Origin: an uncultured virus (IMG/VR IMGVR_UViG_3300032226_001346)
Taxonomy: Duplodnaviria; Heunggongvirae; Uroviricota; Caudoviricetes
Direction: 5' to 3' (one strand)
DNA length: 61,217 nucleotides
IMG/VR virus record: IMGVR_UViG_3300032226_001346
Shown: positions 1 to 9,099 of the stretch, in pieces
Numbering within the stretch: the stretch's first letter is position 1
How the letters are laid out: every line of letters begins with the position of its first letter
The notes under the pieces: model-generated
The model's database searches: none
Seen by the model: the letters and a program-made list of their open reading frames with translations, nothing else
What the model was told of the DNA's origin: nothing
Translations under genes and position numbers: made by a program

Positions 1-30
1 AAAGCTCTAGCTGAAGCTTATAGTTTAATA

Positions 31-645
31 ATGAAAAAGGATCTAGATAATGCTTCAGATACTATAAGAGAAGTTTTTTCTGGAGTTAAAAGAAATACAA
101 GAACCGCATTTGTTACGATTAAAAACCAAGATGGTGAAGCTTACCAATTGTGTCCCAAGGGGATTTATATTTGGGGCAGTCCTCGCCCTATGGCAATTTC
201 CAATTGTAGAGAATACTGTATCGACGCAAAACTACACCCTGATGGAACAGTTTCTTGTAATTATCTGAAATGGCTTAATGATACAATGATTACACACAAA
301 CAAGCTTTAAATATTGGCGACCACATGGATTACAATGACGGAAAAACTGAAATTGAATATATGGAGTTGCCAAAGGGCGTAAGAACAAAGTTTCCAATGT
401 CCGATCAAGATCCGCAAGATTCAAAAATCGACAGAAGTGTGAAATCCAACACCGAAGAATCTTGGGAATCTCAGCTCGAAAAGGAGCACAAAAAATTCAA
501 TTTAGACAATAAACAAAATCAAAAGAAAACCCAAATCATCAGTGATGCGGCTATTGAATTATTACTAAATGATGTGAGAGAAGCTTTTGACGAAAAAGAC
601 CTGGATGCATTGGAAGCCGAAATCCGAAAATCCATGGGGGAATAA
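31..645 (+). CDS. hypothetical phage protein (head-module associated)
   Basis: 204-aa ORF; TATAGT 6 nt before ATG; lies directly upstream of the portal region. Confidence 0.6.
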   Translation: MKKDLDNASDTIREVFSGVKRNTRTAFVTIKNQDGEAYQLCPKGIYIWGSPRPMAISNCREYCIDAKLHPDGTVSCNYLKWLNDTMITHKQALNIGDHMDYNDGKTEIEYMELPKGVRTKFPMSDQDPQDSKIDRSVKSNTEESWESQLEKEHKKFNLDNKQNQKKTQIISDAAIELLLNDVREAFDEKDLDALEAEIRKSMGE

Positions 646-649
646 AAGC

Positions 650-958
650 ATGTCTTGGTACAAATTAGCCAAAGACTATGTTGAGTCTATAGAGAAATCT
701 AACCCCAAGATAACACCTACAATTTTGCCCGGTTTAAATCCACAAGAAGAAAAACCAGAACAAGAAACTCTTGAACAGCAATTAAGCAATCTGAAAAAAC
801 CTTTTGTTTTTCCTGTTAATCAGTTTCTAAATTCTACACCTGACACAATGAAGGCGGGTGGGCAAGGAGCATTATATAATGCTAAAGTGCATCATGATGT
901 GAATATGCCACCAGGCGGAGATAACTATACAAAAACCACAAGGTGGAACGAAAACTAG
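650..958 (+). CDS. small hypothetical head-associated protein (starts MSWYKLAK)
   Basis: ATG at 650 follows a GGGGG SD-like stretch and the upstream stop, so it is preferred over the track start at 587; carries a K-x-A motif. Confidence 0.55.
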   Translation: MSWYKLAKDYVESIEKSNPKITPTILPGLNPQEEKPEQETLEQQLSNLKKPFVFPVNQFLNSTPDTMKAGGQGALYNAKVHHDVNMPPGGDNYTKTTRWNEN

Positions 959-1014
959 GGACACTAAGCCTCAAAAAAATAAAATACTTGTAAAAATAAA
1001 ATAAGGAGTAAATT

Positions 1015-3369
1015 TTGGCTGAATTAAATAATATTCCATCTCTTGCGTCATTTATGACGAATGCAGCGAGAGAAGTGGTAAACAAAACGAATAACAACAA
1101 TCGACTAGGGGCAGATCAGAATAATAGAAGAAACTGGGCACAAATAAGAACTGCGAGAATGGATCGCTCCGTATCACCCAATGCAACGAGAATATCTCAA
1201 ATGTATGGTGGCGGAAACATCAACAATACTAGCACACAACCAAATTTTTATTCACCATTTCTTACTCCATCATCTTTTCAAATCCCAAATACAAGAAAGG
1301 AAGTATATTTATGGGCGAACTGGTGGAGAACTAATGATCCCAAAGTTGCAGCTGGTATTAATTTTTATCGAAATTTTCCGTTTAACGGATGGAAGCTTGA
1401 CTGCAAATCTGCAGTAGTCAAAGACTATTTTGAAAAACTTATACAAAAGCTGAATTTTCAAAAATGGTTACCGGAAATTTCAAGCTCTTATCACACTTAT
1501 GGAGACGCTTTTGTATTTGCATCTATTGATTGTCCTATTTGTAGAGGCACTATGGTTGATCCTAATTCTGGAGACGAATGTGGACATAAAGGTGCAACAT
1601 GGAAATCAATATCACTTCTTAATCCGGATTCTGTTGAGGTGAGCGCTGGATTTATGGATGCAGAGCCTATGTATTCTTATTTACCTTCTGCACAACAAAT
1701 TAAAGTGGTAATGGAAAGACAGCCAAAGAAGCTGTATGATGCAATTCCTGATGATGTGAAAATCATGATTGCAAAACAGATCCCGATTCCTCTCAACCCA
1801 TCTTGTGTTCATCATTTTAAACATGCTGCAGATGCATGGGCGGATTATGGAACATCAATCGTGAGGCCGTTGTTTGTTACATTGGCTTACAAAGATAAGC
1901 TACGCCAAGCTCAATGGCTAATTGCTGAAAGATTGATTATTCCTATTAAAATTGTTACAGTGGGAGATGACAATCGCCCAGCTTCACAAGAAGATTTGGA
2001 TTCTGTTCAAGATCAATTGGCGGCAGTAGCCAATGATCCAAACCTTACTCTTGTTACGCCACATGCATTTAAATTAGAATTTGTTGGAGCGAGTAGTCAA
2101 ATTCTCCAAACATCTAACGAACATGAATTACTTGACCAAGAAGCCCTTGATGGATTAATGTTAAATAAATCATTACTCAACGGCGAGGGGCCAAATTATG
2201 GAAACGCCCAAGTGGGCTTGATATCCATGAACGAAAGACTTGAGACTTGGCGAAGAGAAGTGGCGCAATGGATTGAAGAAAAACTTTTTAAGCAGGTGGC
2301 AGAATGGAATGAATTTTACGCAAGTGGCGAGGGCGGCCAAAGAGAACTTGTTTACCCAACTATTAAATTTGATGACCTTAAGCTCAAAGATAATACAGGT
2401 ATCCTGCAAACAATGGTTACTGCTCAGCAAAATGGTGCGATTTCAGCTCAAAGCTTGGTTGAGGCTATGGATCTTGATTGGGATCAGGAAGTGGAGCGTT
2501 TGCGCTTTGAACAAGGTATGAATTTTGTCAATTCTCAGGACATAATGAACACCGATATGAATATTGGATTCGGAGGGGTTTCTGGGCAAGGATTTGGCGG
2601 GGGGCCGACAAATATGCCTTTAAATGGCGGCGCTCTTATGTCAGAAGGCGGATTGGGAGCACCCATGCCCGGCCCCGCAATGCCGGAGCCTGGTGGTATA
2701 GGAGTTCCTCCTACTCCTGCTGCAGCTCCTGTTGCCACAGCAGAACATATTTATCGTCAATATCGCCTCGCCGCTGAAACTATGAACGAAATTTATTTCA
2801 ATAGAAATGCGTCGGCTTCTATGAATACAAAAGAATTCTTAAACGAAGTGGATAGAGAATTAAATGAAAGACTAGCAGTAACAGGTCGCGGCGAGGTGGG
2901 GGAAATTCCAGAAACACTTGATATTGTGGAGCCTTGGGTTTATATTCCTGTGGGTGAGCCTTTGGGATATCTAGCTGAAAAAGACGTGAGATTGGCTGTT
3001 GTTAAATCAAGACAAAACATGCATGGTTATACCGGCCTTGAAAAGAAACTTTATAAATTGATCATGTCAATGAATATTCCTTTGGCTTTTTATGCACAAT
3101 ATGAAGCCGGTCCAACCAAAAATTATATCTTAGATGGAGCTTTCCCGGCTATTAAGCTGGCTGTAGAAGCAGACGGAGAAATTTGGCATAATAATCCAAA
3201 TAAAATTGAACAAGACCGGCAAAGAGACATGCAATTAGCGCAACAAGGTTGGACAATTCTTAGATTTACTGATAAAGAGATCGAAAAACAACCAAAAGAT
3301 GTAGCCATGGTTATTCAGCAGGCATTACAAAAGCTGTTAGGAGCTTATTCATCGGGTGGAATGGTCTAA
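1015..3369 (+). CDS. portal protein with C-terminal DUF559/Vsr-like endonuclease domain
   Basis: AAGGAG SD before TTG; portal-like core (YHTYGDAFVF, HHFKH..WADYGTSIVRP, LRQAQWLIAERLIIPIKIV); first gene of a protease-scaffold-capsid module; C-terminal LDGAFP..LAVEADGEIWH..DRQRD..GWTILRF. Confidence 0.8.
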   Translation: MAELNNIPSLASFMTNAAREVVNKTNNNNRLGADQNNRRNWAQIRTARMDRSVSPNATRISQMYGGGNINNTSTQPNFYSPFLTPSSFQIPNTRKEVYLWANWWRTNDPKVAAGINFYRNFPFNGWKLDCKSAVVKDYFEKLIQKLNFQKWLPEISSSYHTYGDAFVFASIDCPICRGTMVDPNSGDECGHKGATWKSISLLNPDSVEVSAGFMDAEPMYSYLPSAQQIKVVMERQPKKLYDAIPDDVKIMIAKQIPIPLNPSCVHHFKHAADAWADYGTSIVRPLFVTLAYKDKLRQAQWLIAERLIIPIKIVTVGDDNRPASQEDLDSVQDQLAAVANDPNLTLVTPHAFKLEFVGASSQILQTSNEHELLDQEALDGLMLNKSLLNGEGPNYGNAQVGLISMNERLETWRREVAQWIEEKLFKQVAEWNEFYASGEGGQRELVYPTIKFDDLKLKDNTGILQTMVTAQQNGAISAQSLVEAMDLDWDQEVERLRFEQGMNFVNSQDIMNTDMNIGFGGVSGQGFGGGPTNMPLNGGALMSEGGLGAPMPGPAMPEPGGIGVPPTPAAAPVATAEHIYRQYRLAAETMNEIYFNRNASASMNTKEFLNEVDRELNERLAVTGRGEVGEIPETLDIVEPWVYIPVGEPLGYLAEKDVRLAVVKSRQNMHGYTGLEKKLYKLIMSMNIPLAFYAQYEAGPTKNYILDGAFPAIKLAVEADGEIWHNNPNKIEQDRQRDMQLAQQGWTILRFTDKEIEKQPKDVAMVIQQALQKLLGAYSSGGMV

Positions 3370-3650
3370 AGATCAGCAAGCCAAGAAATAATTTTTTGCC
3401 AAAAACTTTCCCCTGTTTTTTTAAAAGAAGCAGGGGATTTTTCAATAATCACAGGTTTATCTTCTTGGTTTATCTTTTCAGTTTCAAGCTCAACCAATTG
3501 TGAATCTTCTTGAATTTCCAGATTATGTTCTTTTGCATAAGAAATGGCTTCCGCCTTGCTGGAAAATACACGAGTGGCGCGCTTATTACCCACTTTAATA
3601 AGGTGAAAATTACCATTGTGTTGGTTGATTAAAAATTTTTTTTGATCCAT
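3366..3650 (-). CDS. DUF2188-like small protein
   Basis: KVGNKRATRVFSSKAEAISYAKE resembles the DUF2188 pattern. Confidence 0.6.
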   Translation of the reverse strand: MDQKKFLINQHNGNFHLIKVGNKRATRVFSSKAEAISYAKEHNLEIQEDSQLVELETEKINQEDKPVIIEKSPASFKKTGESFWQKIISWLADL

Positions 3651-3725
3651 GTATAATGATTGTATACGATTTTTTTCAAAAAAAGAAAGGAATTGTTAAT
3701 ATTATTGAGGAAATTTTAAATACAC

Positions 3726-6700
3726 ATGGTTAGAAGAGGCATAAGCGGAGGAATGTTATCAGTGGTTTCTTTACTCAAAGAGCAAGACCGAAAAGCTTTA
3801 GTTGAGAATTCTATGGTCAAGACATCTTCTTCCATAAAACAAGCAGCCAAAATTGGCTTACAATCTTTATACGCAAATGCAGATGAAGTGTTGGATAAAT
3901 ATAAAGATTTTGATATCATCAAAGAAATGAAGGCCCGAAAAGGAGCAAATCTTCTTTGGGTTAGAGCTAGAGCCATAGATGCCGATATAGTGAATACCAA
4001 TGGTGATTATTTCAGCGAAGAAGAGCTGACCAAAGAAGTGGATTATCAAGGCAAAAAAATGCCCGCTTATAAAACCTTCGAAGGTGTGCCAATTTACACA
4101 AACCACAAAAATGATAACATAGAAGAAGCCAAGGGCATGGTGGTTTACGCTGAATGGGATGATGAAGAAAAGTGTGTGTATTGTGTGTTTTTTATTGATG
4201 AAGATGCATATCCAGATATTGGAAGAGGTATCAGACAAGCGTACGTTCACGACGTTTCAATGGGATGTTTTGATGGAAACACAAAAATTCCAACATCTAA
4301 CGGTTTTAAGAAAATTGTTGATGTAAACGAAAAAGATCAGTTATTTGATTCAAATGGTAATTTAGTAGATATTGTTAATTTGCAAGAATATAATCATTTT
4401 GAAAAAATACATCTCGTGACTTTGGAGGGTGGACATCAAATTAAATGTACTGATTATCATCCCTTTCTGACTTTTACTAAAGAACAATGGAATCAAAGAA
4501 AATCACTTGAAAGACCAAAAGATATAAATGGTAAAAAATTATCAAAATGGGTGGAAAACGACATATCCCCAGATTACATTAGGCTTGAAAATTTAAAACC
4601 AGGTGATGTGTTTCTCTCGCCAATTGGTGGAACTATAATTGAAAATGAAGATTTCAATAAAAACCGAGCTAAATTAATAGGATATTTCTTGGCTGAAGGT
4701 AGTTTTGATTCACACTCTCATCGAAATAGAATTCATTTTACTTTCAATATATCCGAAAAAGACACTTACGCTCAAGAAGTAGTAGATTTGATTCGAGAAG
4801 AATTTAATCTAGACGCAAGAATTTCTGTACCAAAAACAAAAAATTATTGTAAAGTAACAATTACAAATGAAAACCTAAAAAATTGGTTTTTTAATAATTG
4901 CGGAAGATGGTCTTCCAAAAAGAAATTACATCCAAAATGGCTTCAGGCACCATATGATATACAAAAATCAATTATTGGAGCCTGGATTGATGGCGATGGA
5001 ACTTCAACTTTAGACAAAAGAAATGGTAATATTTATTTAAGAGTTACCACAATTTCAATTGATCTTTTTGATCAAATGTCATTTATTCTATCAAGACTTG
5101 GTATTTTCCACTCTTGTTATTTCTCATATAAAAGCAAAAGATTCAACTATATCGATCTGGAATCGTTTGAGGATTTTCATCCTCAATGTATCATTCAAAT
5201 TCCTTCTTATGCTACATGTGAGCTAGATGGCTATCTTCACAAGACTATTTGTTCGAGTACACTCAACAAAAACAAACATACATATAATAATTTTCTCGCA
5301 AGAAAAATTATTTCTATTCAAGAAATCCCAATCAAACAACAAAAAGTTTACACTTTCCAAACACAATCTGGCAATTATCTTGCACATAACTTTATTTCTA
5401 AAAACTGTTCCGTTGACTTGGGGCGGTGCTCAATCTGCGGTAATGAAGCCACGACAGAGAAGGATTATTGTTCACATTTAAAACAATACAAAGGCAAAAT
5501 TGAACCTGTTTCTGGCAAGAAAGCCTTTGAATACAACTATGGAATTAAATTCATTGAACTTTCATGTGTGGGAGATGGTGCTTTTGAATCATGTGAAATC
5601 GTTGAGCTTTATGACCAAGATGAATTATTACAAAAAGCCCAAGACACAATCAAAACAGCACAATCTTTAAATTCTTCAATTACTTTAGCAGCTTCTATAA
5701 ATGAAAATATTAATGATAAAAGAGATGTTGAACAAGCTTTAAGACAACTACAAAATCTTAATCAAAGTATTATCAAGATCGCTCAAACAGCGGGCACATT
5801 AGTGGGTGGCCAACTATTGGGTGGAGCGGGATCACAAAACGCCACAGTGGTCAAAATACTTCAAGGGTTAGGAATCGACCCAAGCAGTAGTTTGAACATA
5901 CTTGATCTTGTCAATCTTGCTCTTAATTTCTTAGAAGTGGCAGTGTTGAATCTTTTCTCAAGAAAAGACAATATTGATCTTACCCATGTTGCAAAATTAA
6001 CTAAAGCGATGGGTGAATTACAAAATACTCTTCAAGACATGATTGATGATGGCATTGAAACTAGTGGCCAAAAAAATACTCAACCCATGATTCCACCTCA
6101 AGCGCCAGCACAGCCACCTCAAGCTCCTCAACCACCTCAAACACAATCTGTTGCTCCAACGATGAACGCGTCATTAGAGCAACCCATGGTGGGCACAATG
6201 GTCGCTCCATTTTCACAAACACCTTATGCGATGCCTCTGGGCGGAGGTGTATCTGCTTCTGGGAACAATTTAAGATTTGTTTGGGCTTCAACCCACGAAT
6301 CTGAAGAAATTGAAACAAAAGAAATCAAGTTAAACAAAATTGGGAGGCTTGCTGTGGCTCTCGATAATTTAAGGGAGGCTTGCCTGATACCCAAAAAGAA
6401 TGACTATGAGGTAATTAATAATTTACCTCAGAAAAATAAAACATCAGCTTCTAGTGGAGACAAAAACATTATGGATCAATTCAAAAAAATTGCTCAAGAT
6501 TATAAAAAGCAAAATTCTGTAGCTCTTGCAATCGACATCAAATTAGATGATAAGTCTGGCAATCGCGTGGTTTTATCCACCGATAAAGGTATCAAAGGTT
6601 ATCACCAGGGTGCACTTACAAATTGGTCACCAAACCTTACAGATTCTCAACTTGCACAAATGGAAAATGGCGATGGCTATCGAGTGGCCGCCGATCTATT

Positions 6701-9035
6701 AACAGATTTTTCCAAGGTTGTCAAAACCGCTATGCAAGAAAACAAAGTGGATGTGTTAATGGTCTTTAACGAAAATCTTGACCAAGATAAAGATCAAGAA
6801 TTTGCCAGAGCCGCCACTGATATTGAAAGCGAGTATAGAGGCGATAAACTTGTTCAATACGAAGAAAAACTAAAAAACCACAGAAAAAATGATGATCATT
6901 TATCCACTTTAGATGAAAAACTTTCCACAAAAAGAACATCAGATCTTGTAAGAATTGTAACAGAATTGTCAGCCGACGCAAAGAAAGGATTGGGACGAGA
7001 ACCACTAGAAGATATGCTCCATCCAAACTTTGCTAAGTCAACAGTACCAGGTAGAGAAATTATGAGCAATGTTGTTAAAGGCATTGCAAGAGCTTGTCAG
7101 GCTACAAATTCCAATCCAGAGGAAGTGGTAGAATTTCTTACCAAGCTTTCATCAAATGAAATGGGAAGATTGCTTAAAATCGCAAGACTTGGCACCCACG
7201 CAAGGCGATACAGCTCTATTATGGGTAAATATGCTCAAACAGATTTGCAAATGCAAGATGAAATGCCGATGGGTGTTCCTGGAGAAGATATGTCAGCAGC
7301 AGATATGCCAAAAGCAGATATGGAAACAGAAGCTATTAAAAATGTAGCAGATACAGCCACTCCAGAAACTTCAGAGGGAGATATCATGAAAGCTCTTGAA
7401 GTAATTAAAGACAATTTTTCTCAAGCTGTAGAAAAGCTTAATGAAATTCTTGGAAAAACCACAGAAGATGATAAAGGCGACGAAATGAAAGACGCTCTTG
7501 TGTCAGATGATGTGGACCAAGATGCTATGAAAGGTGCAGTAACAGGGCTTAGCCTTTCTGGTGAAGAAACTGGGGCATCTCCTTCAGATCTTGTTGATAG
7601 TGTTAATTCTATGCCAGCAGGAGATATGGCTGCAGGTATTTCAGAAGCCAGAACGCCCATGGCTGCTTCAGCTAGAGCAAAACAAAAAACCATTAAAACA
7701 GCTTCCAAAAATGATTTGAATAATAATATCGTGGGTTGGCTTGCTGATATGGCTAATCACCACAATGTAAGTTCAGAAAAAATGGCTCTTGCAGCGAAAT
7801 TATTCTGCTCATATGATGAAGCAGCAACCACTGTACTAGCTAAAGCTATTAGAACATCAGATGTTCAAGTGATTGATGAAACAACACATGCTACAACAAT
7901 CACTTGCACCCTTGATGACATTGGTACAGATGTTAAAGATGCAGCTTTTAATCAAAAATTCCGCGATTTTGCAGTGAATCTTCTTTCTCAATCTGGATAT
8001 GAAGTTGATCCAGCTACATTTGCTCTTACAGAGATTATTGTTAGTGAAGATGGAACCGTTCAAGGGAAAGTAAGCACTAAGGCTACTAAATATTTCAATC
8101 CTGAGGCGGCTATGGAATCCGGTTCTGGTTTAGATTATGTTGATGTAGATAAATTAGAAAAAGCGGTGATGCCAGAAGGAGCAATGGTGGGTGAAGTGGT
8201 AAGTGATGTTCTAGCGCCAGCGGCTCCAGAAAGCATGAGCCAAATGATAATGTCAGCTTCCGCTAAAACAGCTAAAAGACTTGCTAGAATGCAAAATATT
8301 ATGAGGTTTGCTCAGCTTGGATTTCCAGGTGGATCGGCAGCTCCCGCCCCTGCTCCTGGCGCTGGTGCTGCGCCCACTGATCCAACAGGTGGATTAGGCG
8401 CAGGAATGGCAGGTGGTGCGGCAGATTTAGGTTTTGGCTCACTCACTGGTGCTTCTGAGCCAGCATCAAGCGATACTCCAATTAATGATTCACCAGAGCC
8501 AGGAAATAAGGCTCCTTGGGGAACAATCTGCCCACAATGCGGAAGCAAGGATGTGGATATTGCCAACGGCGAAGGATCATGTAATTCATGTAATGCACAA
8601 TTGAAATATAAATTCACTGTTGAAGTGGCCCCGCCTGATGAAAAGAATCAAGAGGCCATGCCAGAAACAGAATCAATGTCTGCTCCAATGCCACCTGTTG
8701 GTGGCCCTGCTACAGCACCAGATGCGGGATTAGGCGGAATGCCCCCTATGGCACCGGCACCAGGAGCATTAGCTTCTAATTATAAATTAATGACACGAAT
8801 TGCTTATAAGACATCAGCTGACGTTTATGCATCAGCATTGTCTGATAATTTCAATAAGGTGGCTGCTTCTAAGCTTCCAGTGGGAATGATTTGTCCCGCT
8901 TGTGGCTCAAGAACAGCATCAAAGCAATCCAAAAATACATACTGTTATGATTGTGGCACAATGTCAATTAGTAATGTCAAAAGACTAAAAGATGAGCCCG
9001 GAATGATAGAAGCAAATATTTTTTGGATTAATTAA
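3726..9035 (+). CDS. prohead (capsid maturation) protease fused to a long scaffold-like region and C-terminal zinc ribbons; intein-containing
   Basis: NTNGDYFSEEEL..YKTFEGVPIYTNH..AKG, DVSMG/C, CSICGN..CSH, FEYNYGIKFIELSCVG..AFES; located between portal and capsid genes. Confidence 0.8.
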   Translation: MVRRGISGGMLSVVSLLKEQDRKALVENSMVKTSSSIKQAAKIGLQSLYANADEVLDKYKDFDIIKEMKARKGANLLWVRARAIDADIVNTNGDYFSEEELTKEVDYQGKKMPAYKTFEGVPIYTNHKNDNIEEAKGMVVYAEWDDEEKCVYCVFFIDEDAYPDIGRGIRQAYVHDVSMGCFDGNTKIPTSNGFKKIVDVNEKDQLFDSNGNLVDIVNLQEYNHFEKIHLVTLEGGHQIKCTDYHPFLTFTKEQWNQRKSLERPKDINGKKLSKWVENDISPDYIRLENLKPGDVFLSPIGGTIIENEDFNKNRAKLIGYFLAEGSFDSHSHRNRIHFTFNISEKDTYAQEVVDLIREEFNLDARISVPKTKNYCKVTITNENLKNWFFNNCGRWSSKKKLHPKWLQAPYDIQKSIIGAWIDGDGTSTLDKRNGNIYLRVTTISIDLFDQMSFILSRLGIFHSCYFSYKSKRFNYIDLESFEDFHPQCIIQIPSYATCELDGYLHKTICSSTLNKNKHTYNNFLARKIISIQEIPIKQQKVYTFQTQSGNYLAHNFISKNCSVDLGRCSICGNEATTEKDYCSHLKQYKGKIEPVSGKKAFEYNYGIKFIELSCVGDGAFESCEIVELYDQDELLQKAQDTIKTAQSLNSSITLAASINENINDKRDVEQALRQLQNLNQSIIKIAQTAGTLVGGQLLGGAGSQNATVVKILQGLGIDPSSSLNILDLVNLALNFLEVAVLNLFSRKDNIDLTHVAKLTKAMGELQNTLQDMIDDGIETSGQKNTQPMIPPQAPAQPPQAPQPPQTQSVAPTMNASLEQPMVGTMVAPFSQTPYAMPLGGGVSASGNNLRFVWASTHESEEIETKEIKLNKIGRLAVALDNLREACLIPKKNDYEVINNLPQKNKTSASSGDKNIMDQFKKIAQDYKKQNSVALAIDIKLDDKSGNRVVLSTDKGIKGYHQGALTNWSPNLTDSQLAQMENGDGYRVAADLLTDFSKVVKTAMQENKVDVLMVFNENLDQDKDQEFARAATDIESEYRGDKLVQYEEKLKNHRKNDDHLSTLDEKLSTKRTSDLVRIVTELSADAKKGLGREPLEDMLHPNFAKSTVPGREIMSNVVKGIARACQATNSNPEEVVEFLTKLSSNEMGRLLKIARLGTHARRYSSIMGKYAQTDLQMQDEMPMGVPGEDMSAADMPKADMETEAIKNVADTATPETSEGDIMKALEVIKDNFSQAVEKLNEILGKTTEDDKGDEMKDALVSDDVDQDAMKGAVTGLSLSGEETGASPSDLVDSVNSMPAGDMAAGISEARTPMAASARAKQKTIKTASKNDLNNNIVGWLADMANHHNVSSEKMALAAKLFCSYDEAATTVLAKAIRTSDVQVIDETTHATTITCTLDDIGTDVKDAAFNQKFRDFAVNLLSQSGYEVDPATFALTEIIVSEDGTVQGKVSTKATKYFNPEAAMESGSGLDYVDVDKLEKAVMPEGAMVGEVVSDVLAPAAPESMSQMIMSASAKTAKRLARMQNIMRFAQLGFPGGSAAPAPAPGAGAAPTDPTGGLGAGMAGGAADLGFGSLTGASEPASSDTPINDSPEPGNKAPWGTICPQCGSKDVDIANGEGSCNSCNAQLKYKFTVEVAPPDEKNQEAMPETESMSAPMPPVGGPATAPDAGLGGMPPMAPAPGALASNYKLMTRIAYKTSADVYASALSDNFNKVAASKLPVGMICPACGSRTASKQSKNTYCYDCGTMSISNVKRLKDEPGMIEANIFWIN
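4266..5405 (+). mobile_element. intein (380 aa) with LAGLIDADG homing endonuclease in the prohead protease
   Basis: starts CFDGNTKI after VSMG; block B CTDYHPF; LIGYFLAEG and IIGAWIDGDG motifs; ends FISKN before the +1 Cys (CSVD). Confidence 0.9.
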
Positions 9036-9099
9036 AGGAGAATTGTAATAAGGATAGAAATAATAAAATATCGATCTATTCTAAAATAGGAAAATACAT

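Noticed and set aside
3025..3369. DUF559 domain of the portal being part of an intein
   Set aside because: There are no Hint-domain blocks or C-terminal Asn/+1 nucleophile around it; the domain ends the protein.
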